A DNA stretch of 13,317 bases, from the NCBI GenBank assembly GCA_003135935.1, contig PNBI01000156.1, positions 1 through 13,317 on the forward strand. The letters run 5' to 3'. The notes under the pieces were generated by a model. That model was not told where the DNA came from. It saw nothing but the letters and a program-made list of their open reading frames with translations, and made no database searches. The stretch's first letter is position 1, and every line of letters begins with the position of its first letter. The position numbers were made by a program, and so were the translations under genes. This document shows positions 6,964 through 13,317 of this stretch, one piece after another. The DNA is from Methanomassiliicoccaceae archaeon (GTDB lineage Archaea > Thermoplasmatota > Thermoplasmata > Methanomassiliicoccales > UBA472).

Positions 6964-7425
6964 CTACTGAGGGTCTCGCGCCGGGGTTTCCTGAAGGACA
7001 GAAAGCCAGATACCAGCAATGAGCAGAACAAAACCTATTACCCACGTTGTGAACACCAGGTCGACCAAGAAGAAGAATTTGCCATCGTCAAAGGGGACTG
7101 CAGCATTGAAGCTTAATATCCCGAGGCCCGAGGCGATAGTTCCCATAAAGACTACCGTGAGCTGAGCTATGAAGAATGAAGTCCTCCATCTCTTCTCCTT
7201 GGCCGGGCTTTTCACTAGTATCGATGAGATTGCCACTGCTATGGCCACCAGCAGCGTTGCGTTGACGCCAGAAGCGGCAAAGAAGAAGTTCGAAGCAGTC
7301 TCGGATGGAACAACCCGAGGGATCGACTGCTCGATCACCAATAGAGTAACGACGCCCAATATCGTGCCCATCAAGAACCCAAGTAAGAATTTCTTCTTCT
7401 TGCCGAGCCATCGTGAGGCCATCAT
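6964..7425 (-). CDS. Hypothetical integral membrane protein (four predicted TM helices)
   Basis: 153 aa. A positively charged N-terminus (RWLGKKKK) is followed by four hydrophobic segments of 19-28 aa. Minus-strand TATA-like TTTTTATC (complement of 7451-7458) lies about 26 bp upstream of the start. I prefer it over the overlapping antisense plus-strand ORF 7169-7486, which lacks any motif. Confidence 0.5.
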   Translation of the reverse strand: MMASRWLGKKKKFLLGFLMGTILGVVTLLVIEQSIPRVVPSETASNFFFAASGVNATLLVAIAVAISSILVKSPAKEKRWRTSFFIAQLTVVFMGTIASGLGILSFNAAVPFDDGKFFFLVDLVFTTWVIGFVLLIAGIWLSVLQETPARDPQ

Positions 7426-7520
7426 TCACCGAGAGGCCAACTGCAGTGAAGCGATAAAAATGCTTCTGGATGAATTGATTAGATAAGAATGTTTAATGGC
7501 TGAATCTATAATATTGGAGC

Positions 7521-8090
7521 ATGGAGCTAGGAAAAACACTTTATCTGGCTGAAAGAGCGCAGTGGCGATCGTGGCTTGCAAAGAACCACAACAAAAAGAA
7601 AGAGATCTGGCTGATCTATTATCGGAAATCATCTGGCAAGCCTAGATTGTCGTACAACGATGCGGTCGAAGAAGCACTGTGCTACGGTTGGATAGACAGC
7701 ATTCAAAAGGGCATCGATTCGGAGAAATTCGCTCAGAGATTCACTCCCCGGAAGCCAAGGAGCAGCCTGTCCGAAGCGAACAAGGAGCGCATTCGCAAGC
7801 TCATCAAGGAAGGTAAAATGACCAAAGCTGGGCTGGAAGCCGTTTCAGGGAGTTACGATGCCAAGAAGGACCTAGCCGACAATTGGAGCATAGCACCAGA
7901 TATCCTTGAAGCGTTGAAGGCCGATGCTCTAGCTTGGAAGAATTTTCAGAGGATGCCAGAAGGCTACAGAAAAGTCCGGATCGGTTTTATCGAAAGCCGC
8001 AGGCGGCATGGTGACGAGATGTTCCAGAGGAGCCTGCGCCATTTCATCAAGATGACATCAAAAAATGAAAAATTCGGGATCATGAAATAA
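7521..8090 (+). CDS. YdeI/OmpD-associated family protein (bacteriocin-protection YdeI-like)
   Basis: 189 aa. Conserved blocks LYLAERAQWRSWLAKNH, IWLIYYRKSSGKPRLSYNDAVEEALCYGWIDS and AQRFTPRKPRSSLSEANKERIRKLIKEGKMTKAGLE match the YdeI family. A TATA-like TTTAAT lies at about 7491-7496. Confidence 0.8.
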   Translation: MELGKTLYLAERAQWRSWLAKNHNKKKEIWLIYYRKSSGKPRLSYNDAVEEALCYGWIDSIQKGIDSEKFAQRFTPRKPRSSLSEANKERIRKLIKEGKMTKAGLEAVSGSYDAKKDLADNWSIAPDILEALKADALAWKNFQRMPEGYRKVRIGFIESRRRHGDEMFQRSLRHFIKMTSKNEKFGIMK

Positions 8091-8195
8091 ATGATTTCTG
8101 AAGAGGCATCTTTGCGAAGCTAGATCGTTGATGGCGCCTTGCTGCAATCAACATGGCAGTAAGCCGATGTGAAATGACTGGAAGAAAGAAAGAGT

Positions 8196-8224
8196 GGAGA
8201 GGCCCGAACCTCGGGCTTCTCTCC
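8196..8224. terminator. Bulged hairpin between the convergent YdeI-like (+) and SPFH (-) genes; bidirectional terminator candidate
   Basis: GGAGAG-GCCCGA-(acc)-TCGGGC-tt-CTCTCC gives a 12-bp stem with a 2-nt bulge. Pyrimidine-rich tracts flank it on both strands: ttctctcc on plus, and the complement of 8181-8194 (tctttctttcttcc) on minus. Confidence 0.35.
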
Positions 8225-8229
8225 TTGCA

Positions 8230-10260
8230 TCATTGTTGCTTGGGGCTTGGTTCTTTGGGCTTGTTATCGATCAGCCCTTTCGTCACCGCCTGAGCAAGCC
8301 AAGTGGACAGTAGAGAGGTAGTACCTTGATCCCCTGCTGCCGAGTTTATCAGGATGTCCGGGGTGATCTTGACCCCATTCACGCCGACCTCGTCCATCAG
8401 CTTGATCGCCGCGGTTGAGCTGGCACCGATTACCTCGGCCTGAGCCCGATAGGCATCCGCCAGACCCCTGCCGATCTCACGCTGGTCGTAAGCCTTGCCG
8501 TCCGCGACGGTCTTCAGCATATAGGACTCGGCATCAGCGAGCGCCTGCACTCGATACTTCTCACCGTCCGCAGTGATCTTGTTCTGATCCCTATCACCAG
8601 CGGCCATCTTCCTCTTGGCCTCTGCCTTGTCGTCCTCGATCTTGATGGACAACATGGCCGCCACCACCTCAGGCTGCTTGTCCGCATTCGCCGCCTTGGA
8701 CTGCACCTCTATCCGCTTCTCCTGAGCGAGCGCTTCCTGTTGGTACTGGGCCTGCTGCTGCAACGCTATCTCCCTTTTGGTCTGCGTATCGAGCAACGCC
8801 TGGTCCACCTTGATGTAGGCGATGAGAAGGTTCTGCGCCTCCACATGATAGACCTCGAATTGGGCTTGAGCCTTCTCCAAAGCGGAACGCTGCAGCTCCG
8901 TCCTGGACATGATGAAGTTGATGGCCTTCTCCTCGCCCGCCTTGTTGCGGAAGGAGGAGTCGATCAGCGGATGCACGATCTGCTCGATGAGGTTCTTGAC
9001 CGACCCGAAGCGGGCGATGATGAAGGCCGCGTTCTGGGGCCTTATGCGAATGATCATGCGCACGTCGACTTCCAACTGGAAGCCGTCCATCGAGGTGACC
9101 CTGAGCTGCGAGAACTTGAAGAACTCGGTGGCCTTGTCGCTTCCCGTTGCCTCGTCGTAGGCCTCGCTGCTGGTCTTGATGCCGCTCATCTTTACCGCTT
9201 GCGGAGTCTCATGAACTGCCCTCTGGTCCACTCCAGAAGCCCAGTCGATGGTGACCGCGCTGGTCGGAACCAGATAGGCTGTGAAGGCCAAGGGATTGAG
9301 GTTGTACTTTCCCGGAGCGATCGGTTCCTTCCAGATACCCCTCATGTTCTTGTCCAGGATGAGCAGGGTCTCGACTTCCTCGTGGACGGGCTGGGCAATG
9401 GCAACGGTCTGCTTCTCTGGCAGGCTTGGAGATACCGGCCCGACCGCGCCGATATTCGGTATCGGCTCGCCCTGCCTCTTCTCCAACTCCATGCCGACGT
9501 TTGACCTGAGCACTGCCACATATCCGGGCGGTACCTCGGCGACGTCGTAAAGCTCCACTTTGAAGAGCAGCGGGTTGATGTAGTAGCGCCCAGGCTGAAG
9601 GGTGTCGAGCTGTGGTCCTCTGTGCCCCGCGCTAATCAAGAACGCCTGGCCATCCTGGAAATATTGGCTATTCCTTACCTTTGGATGGTCCATCGTCGGC
9701 TCGACCATAGGCCTTGGCGCCACGATGAATCCCGACGGCAGGGGCTCACCATCGTTGGCGATCACCACTCCGATCTTCTCGGGCGGGATCTCGGTCACGT
9801 GCGCTTTCATGACCTTGAAAGCGTACATGTTTATCCTGTATGTACCAGGTCTTAGGATCGCAACTTGCGGTCCCTTCATCCCCCCATTGTCAAGGAACAT
9901 CTTGGCATCCTGGAAATGATTACACTCGACCTCGTCGCCGAGCAAACGGCCCTGGGGTACCGCGATGCCATCGATCGACTCCACGATCCCGACCTCGGAG
10001 GGCTGGATCTCAGTTACTGGCACCTTGTGGATTTTCCAGATGATTGGTATCCGCCAGTACAGACCAGGCATCAGGATGTTAGCCTGCACGCCTATCTCAC
10101 CGTTTCGGGCCACGACCTGGCCCTGTGGCATGGTCGCTCCGAACATCTTCTTGGTCAAAATACCGACTTGATAGTCACCAATCAGCTTCAGGCCTGCGAT
10201 CAAAAACCAACCGAGCACGATGATAACTATGGCTATCAGAGCAAGCAGCAGCATGTCCAT
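8230..10260 (-). CDS. SPFH/Band-7 (flotillin-like) membrane protein with a tandemly repeated N-terminal module
   Basis: The first ATG corresponds to 10258-10260, with an AGGTGA SD 6 nt upstream on the minus strand. The track starts at the GTG at 10269. An N-terminal TM helix (LLLALIAIVIIVLGWFLIAGL) is followed by four copies of an about 90-aa module carrying L/I-x-PG-x-Y-x-(I/L)N and FQD...FL...G-x-x-GPQ. The SPFH core is FFKFSQLRVTSMDGFQLEVDVRMIIRIRPQNAAFIIARFG. A Q/A/E/K-rich coiled-coil (REIALQQQAQYQQEALAQEKRIEVQSKAANADK) and a flotillin-type C-terminus follow. 676 aa. Confidence 0.85.
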   Translation of the reverse strand: MDMLLLALIAIVIIVLGWFLIAGLKLIGDYQVGILTKKMFGATMPQGQVVARNGEIGVQANILMPGLYWRIPIIWKIHKVPVTEIQPSEVGIVESIDGIAVPQGRLLGDEVECNHFQDAKMFLDNGGMKGPQVAILRPGTYRINMYAFKVMKAHVTEIPPEKIGVVIANDGEPLPSGFIVAPRPMVEPTMDHPKVRNSQYFQDGQAFLISAGHRGPQLDTLQPGRYYINPLLFKVELYDVAEVPPGYVAVLRSNVGMELEKRQGEPIPNIGAVGPVSPSLPEKQTVAIAQPVHEEVETLLILDKNMRGIWKEPIAPGKYNLNPLAFTAYLVPTSAVTIDWASGVDQRAVHETPQAVKMSGIKTSSEAYDEATGSDKATEFFKFSQLRVTSMDGFQLEVDVRMIIRIRPQNAAFIIARFGSVKNLIEQIVHPLIDSSFRNKAGEEKAINFIMSRTELQRSALEKAQAQFEVYHVEAQNLLIAYIKVDQALLDTQTKREIALQQQAQYQQEALAQEKRIEVQSKAANADKQPEVVAAMLSIKIEDDKAEAKRKMAAGDRDQNKITADGEKYRVQALADAESYMLKTVADGKAYDQREIGRGLADAYRAQAEVIGASSTAAIKLMDEVGVNGVKITPDILINSAAGDQGTTSLLSTWLAQAVTKGLIDNKPKEPSPKQQ

Positions 10261-10278
10261 TGAATTCACCTACCCATT

Positions 10279-10320
10279 GATTCGAACGGAAACCACTAGT
10301 TCGTTCGTTCTCGAACGGAT
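10279..10320. repeat. Direct repeat TCGAACGGA (x2) flanking GTTCGTTCG in the divergent SPFH / LRR promoter region
   Basis: TCGAACGGA occurs at 10282-10290 and 10311-10319. The intervening GTTCGTTC at 10303-10310 is complementary to the GAAC cores. Candidate transcription-factor binding site. Confidence 0.4.
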
Positions 10321-10532
10321 GCGGATTTCCGTCGATTCCCCCACGCCAATAGAACGATTTCAGGTCTTAAGAATTAGCCTTGCGTTTTGATCGATTATGG
10401 ATCTCGTTGCCAGGTGACGTTGGCCGCGCCCTTTGCCCAATTAACGAAACACTAAAGCCCCATGTAAATCATATCGGCCTGAATTCAGATAAATGGGCGG
10501 ACCTGAACATCGACTTTATGAAAGGAGGTTCC

Positions 10533-11228
10533 ATGGAGAAAGAATTCACCGTAATGGGAAAGGGCGAGGGAGTGGTGATCACCGAGTACCATGGTTCTGG
10601 TGGCGAAATCGAGATACCCGAAATGATCGACGGAAAGCCAGTTGTCGGCATTCATGAGGGAGCGTTCTATGCCTGCACCTCCTTGAGGTCAGTGACGATA
10701 CCCGCAACTGCGAACTTAATCGGGGATGGCGCGTTTTCCTATTGCAGTTCACTGACTTTGGTGACCGTCCAAGGGAATGTCACCAGAATCGGGCATTTTG
10801 CTTTCGCCTTCTGTACTTCCCTTTCTTCGATCGCATTCATGGCGGAATTGCCACCTTTGGTGGGTGAGAATTGGATTCTAGGTACACCTGCAGAAGCCAG
10901 GGGCCATGCCTATGCGACCTCGCACTTTCCCGATCCAGGCGGCTTTTTCTTCAACTTGAAAATGGGTGATCCAATACCTCCGATCGTAGAGCCGCGAGTT
11001 AAACGAGCGATAACGCTCCCGCCAGAGTCCCCCAACCAGGTGCCCGCAAAGAAGACGATCGTTGTAAAGCGCGTACTAACGCATCAGGAGCGGGCGCCAC
11101 AAACTGTTCCGCGTCAAGGCCGTGATGACGGAACTCCGAATGCAAAGACGCAAAAGACCCGTTGTCCCTGGTGTGGTGCAGAAACATACGGACCGGAGAA
11201 TTGCGACTTCTGCGGCGGAAAGCGATAG
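10533..11228 (+). CDS. BspA-type leucine-rich-repeat (LRR_5-like) protein with C-terminal C-x2-C-x9-C-x2-C zinc ribbon; soluble paralog with no signal peptide
   Basis: The ATG at 10533 follows a perfect SD AAAGGAGGT with 4-nt spacing. The track ORF starts 153 nt upstream at the in-frame ATG at 10380, which lacks an SD. About 23-residue repeats follow the pattern IPxxVxxIGxxAFxxCxxLxSVxI. Then come a conserved GENW...RGHAY...HFPDPGGFFFNLKMGDPIP block, a Pro/basic linker and CPWCGAETYGPENCDFCGGK, a zinc_ribbon_2-type motif. 231 aa. Confidence 0.75.
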   Translation: MEKEFTVMGKGEGVVITEYHGSGGEIEIPEMIDGKPVVGIHEGAFYACTSLRSVTIPATANLIGDGAFSYCSSLTLVTVQGNVTRIGHFAFAFCTSLSSIAFMAELPPLVGENWILGTPAEARGHAYATSHFPDPGGFFFNLKMGDPIPPIVEPRVKRAITLPPESPNQVPAKKTIVVKRVLTHQERAPQTVPRQGRDDGTPNAKTQKTRCPWCGAETYGPENCDFCGGKR

Positions 11229-11303
11229 GCGTCATGAGGCAACGCCTAAATGCGAGATGAAGGGATAGGAGCCATCTTTACCAGAAGGGCATTCCAACAA
11301 AAT

Positions 11304-11372
11304 CGAATTGGCAACTACTTTTCCGAATTGCCAAATCAAGAATCTTTAAGTGCCAACCTGCGTGTTATTAAC
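11304..11372. repeat. Paired CGAATTGGCAA / CGAATTGCCAA repeat (inverted TTGGCAA/TTGCCAA cores) and palindromic TATA-like GTGTTAtTAACAC upstream of the membrane LRR paralog
   Basis: cgaattggcaa at 11304-11314 and cgaattgccaa at 11325-11335. gtgttattaacac at 11360-11372 lies 45 bp upstream of the ATG at 11417. Confidence 0.4.
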
Positions 11373-11416
11373 ACAACATCATTTCCAAATGACTCGATAC
11401 GGATAGGTGGGGAAGA

Positions 11417-12310
11417 ATGAAGACCATATTCATTGCACACCTTACATGGATCAGCATTGGATTGATTCTAATGTTATCCGTGTCCAGTTTAGTGACCACT
11501 GAAATAGCATCAGCAGCTCAGGATGGGGATTACGATTATGTAGTCGGTGGGGAACCAGCCACTGCCACAATCATCGGATACAGAGGCATGGGTGGGAATG
11601 TGGAGATACCATCGACGTTGGGAGGATATCCCGTAACAGCAATCCAGTCCTGGGCGTTCTATCAATGCGGATCCTTGACGTCCGTTTCAATTCCTAATGG
11701 GGTAACATCGATCGGGGATTACGTCTTCACCTACAACTACCAATTAGTTTCCGTTACCATCGCTGCCAGTGTCACGTTCATCGGCGATGGCGCATTCGAA
11801 TTTTGTGGCCAGCTGACCTCGATCGTCTTTTTGGGGTCGGCAGCTCCATTCACCGGCAATAATTGGGTCTATGGCAACTCGATCAACATTAGAGGCCATG
11901 CATTTAATGATTCGAATTTTCCAGCTCCGGGGGATTCTTTCAATGGGCTAAAAATGGGAGAATTGATTCCGGTGGGCGGCTATGGAAGCGACGATCTTTT
12001 ATCGTCGTTCTGGACAGCTATGGCAATTGTGGCATTGATCATAGTGGTGATCTTCCTGCTCTTCCACCGTGCAGGAGGCAGAACAACGAGGCCGTGGTAT
12101 TCTCGCCTTGACCAATCGAAGGCGAACGAGATGAAGGATGAAAGCCGAGACCAGATGAAGATTATTGATCAGCAATCGACTTCTCCATCTCCACATAGGA
12201 ACCGCCTCACGAAAGGTCAGGATCAAACGAACGCCCGTTGCCCTTGGTGTGGGGCGCAGATGACCGGATCCTCGTTCTGCTCATTTTGTGGCGGGAAACT
12301 GGAAGACTGA
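11417..12310 (+). CDS. BspA-type LRR protein with signal peptide, TM anchor and cytoplasmic C-terminal zinc ribbon; paralog of 10533-11228
   Basis: 297 aa with a GGTGGGGAAGA SD. The N-terminal hydrophobic signal peptide (IFIAHLTWISIGLILMLSVSS) is followed by an ectodomain that aligns block by block with the upstream paralog (AFYxCxSLxSVxIP, IGDxxFxY, RGHAF, FPxPGxxFxxLKMGxxIP). Then come the TM helice FWTAMAIVALIIVVIFLLF, a charged tail and CPWCGAQMTGSSFCSFCGGK. Confidence 0.8.
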   Translation: MKTIFIAHLTWISIGLILMLSVSSLVTTEIASAAQDGDYDYVVGGEPATATIIGYRGMGGNVEIPSTLGGYPVTAIQSWAFYQCGSLTSVSIPNGVTSIGDYVFTYNYQLVSVTIAASVTFIGDGAFEFCGQLTSIVFLGSAAPFTGNNWVYGNSINIRGHAFNDSNFPAPGDSFNGLKMGELIPVGGYGSDDLLSSFWTAMAIVALIIVVIFLLFHRAGGRTTRPWYSRLDQSKANEMKDESRDQMKIIDQQSTSPSPHRNRLTKGQDQTNARCPWCGAQMTGSSFCSFCGGKLED

Positions 12311-12419
12311 AGCAGGCTGTTTTAATAATGCTGAACGGTCGAGACTGAATCCTGACCTATGGCAAATCTCCGTCTTGACGCCAAGTGTTGTATAGTTCTT
12401 TTTGCAGCTCAGCCGGACA

Positions 12420-12731
12420 TCACTTGCCTTTCTTCCCTCGGCTCACGACCTTTGCTTTCTGGACCCTTTCTCTCCATTTGAAGAGCTGGAAAGGGATTAG
12501 TGTCTCGGTCCTTAGGACATATGGCAGCAGCCTTATCTTTAAAATTCTGGCATCGATTTCATTCGTTGTCCCATTGAACGTTATGACGAAATCGAAAGAC
12601 CCATGGACGAAGTCTATCTTGTCGACCAATGGATCTCGTATCAAACCAAGCGACATGACCTTATCCGCAAAATCCTGCTCCTTCCCTGGTTGAATTGCAA
12701 CCAGCATGTAAACATGATTGGTGTCGTCCAT
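12420..12731 (-). CDS. Stand-alone RAM-domain protein (Lrp/AsnC C-terminal ligand-binding domain-like), about 100 aa
   Basis: Minus-strand ATG at 12729-12731 with a GAGGGA SD 5 nt upstream. The pattern VYMLVAIQPGKEQDFADKVMSLGLIRDPLVDKIDFVHGSFDFVITFNGTTNEIDARILKIRLLPYV fits the beta-alpha-beta-beta-alpha-beta RAM fold. No HTH is present. The K/R-rich C-terminal tail is RERVQKAKVVSRGKKGK. Confidence 0.55.
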   Translation of the reverse strand: MDDTNHVYMLVAIQPGKEQDFADKVMSLGLIRDPLVDKIDFVHGSFDFVITFNGTTNEIDARILKIRLLPYVLRTETLIPFQLFKWRERVQKAKVVSRGKKGK

Positions 12732-12920
12732 GATTTCCCTCTAGAATTAATTGGTATCCGCGGGCTTATATTGATTGCGACAAAGGGAAGAATGACACAG
12801 CAAGTTTCCTATTCAAATGAATCCCGAGAGGATGATACTAATCCTTGCGCAGATAATTCGTCCATAACATAATCTAGCGGGTGCTCTCCTAAATCATATG
12901 CAATGTCATTAAAGGGCGAT

Positions 12921-13316
12921 ATGAAGAGGAGACCTCTACGGGTCACCATCATCGGCGTGCTTTCGATTGTGGCGGGCTTGATATATCTCTTCCCAGCCCT
13001 GAACATTCTTGATCTTGGCAATTTAATCAGCCTATCTGGCCAAACTTTCAAATCTGGACCATTGGTATTGACTGCCGTCGTCGTGGCACTCGCCAACTTC
13101 ATCCTCGGCATCGGCTGCCTCATTGGGTGGAAACCCATCTGGTTCTACCTGGTCATCATATCGATCGTCAACTTCGCAATCGCCCTGCTCGCTTTGCTAA
13201 ATGCGAACCTGAGCCATTGGGAAGCTTTTCTCATTCCCATGGCCTGGCTTGCGATCGCGATCTATGTTTTGCTATCGGTACAATCTGGGAAGACCAGAGC
13301 TTGGTTCCACCGATGA
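12921..13316 (+). CDS. Hypothetical multi-pass membrane protein, 3' end outside the window (partial)
   Basis: The ATG at 12921 follows AAAGGGCG 4 nt upstream; the track's ATG at 12903 has no SD. At least four hydrophobic helices appear (IIGVLSIVAGLIYLF, LVLTAVVVALANFILGIGCLIGW, IWFYLVIISIVNFAIALLALL, IPMAWLAIAIYVLL). No stop codon falls before the window end. Confidence 0.5.
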   Translation: MKRRPLRVTIIGVLSIVAGLIYLFPALNILDLGNLISLSGQTFKSGPLVLTAVVVALANFILGIGCLIGWKPIWFYLVIISIVNFAIALLALLNANLSHWEAFLIPMAWLAIAIYVLLSVQSGKTRAWFHR

Positions 13317-13317
13317 T

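Noticed and set aside
7169-7486. 105-aa plus-strand ORF overlapping the minus-strand membrane protein gene
   Set aside because: The minus-strand frame gives four clean TM helices with a positive-inside N-terminus. The plus-strand product has no recognisable features. The call stays only moderately confident.
8740-9504. 254-aa plus-strand ORF, and further plus-strand ORFs at 8909-10263, inside the SPFH gene
   Set aside because: They are antisense to a gene with an unmistakable SPFH/flotillin core and are Leu/Arg/Gly-rich reverse-frame artefacts.
10380-10532. Upstream in-frame extension of the soluble LRR gene from the ATG at 10380
   Set aside because: The ATG at 10533 has a perfect AAAGGAGGT SD at optimal spacing. 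The extension has no similarity to the paralog's N-terminus and would read through the putative divergent promoter and operator region.
12385-13138. Antisense ORFs 12385-12693 (+) and 12809-13138 (-) overlapping the RAM-domain and terminal membrane-protein genes
   Set aside because: Opposite-strand artefacts. The chosen frames carry the RAM-fold pattern and TM helices respectively, and have SD motifs.
1-13317. Search for CRISPR arrays, tRNA/rRNA genes, integrases or transposases, and terminal inverted repeats
   Set aside because: No regularly spaced direct repeats were found. No tRNA-like T-loop (GGTTCGAATCC-like) or cloverleaf candidates appear in the intergenic regions. No recombinase or transposase motifs appear in any frame. 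The region does not look like a mobile or accessory island.

Overview
The window holds 14 protein-coding genes. I found no RNA genes, CRISPR arrays or recognisable mobile elements. It reads as ordinary chromosomal DNA, probably from an archaeon. Codon use (frequent AGG/AGA Arg and AUA Ile), AT-rich TATA-like boxes about 25-35 bp upstream of several genes, oligo-T tracts after gene clusters and strong Shine-Dalgarno motifs all point that way. A Thermoplasmata or methyl-reducing methanogen origin is an inference only. Genes in order: (1) an MtaA/MtbA-type URO-D-family zinc methyltransferase, an amidohydrolase_3-family metal hydrolase and an AmiS/UreI-family amide/urea channel, co-directional and ending in a T-rich terminator-like tract; (2) a small N-terminal zinc-finger protein followed by a rubredoxin fused to a glutamate-synthase-type FMN/Fe-S oxidoreductase; (3) an Mth938-like domain protein with a GTG start, a small CxxC zinc-ribbon protein, a four-helix membrane protein on the minus strand and a YdeI/OmpD-associated-family protein; (4) a 676-aa SPFH/flotillin-like protein on the minus strand with a tandemly repeated N-terminal module; (5) two paralogous BspA-type leucine-rich-repeat proteins that both end in a CPWCGA-x7-C-x2-CGGK zinc ribbon, one soluble with no signal peptide and one with a signal peptide and a transmembrane anchor; (6) a stand-alone RAM-domain protein (Lrp/AsnC C-terminal domain, minus strand) and the 5' part of a membrane protein that runs off the window. 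The two most interesting gene contexts are the methyltransferase-amidohydrolase-AmiS cluster, which may import and hydrolyse an amide and feed methyl transfer, and the receptor-like LRR/zinc-ribbon paralog pair beside the multi-repeat SPFH protein. I see no canonical defence, toxin-antitoxin or secretion system. All functional calls rest on motifs read from the translations. No database search was run.
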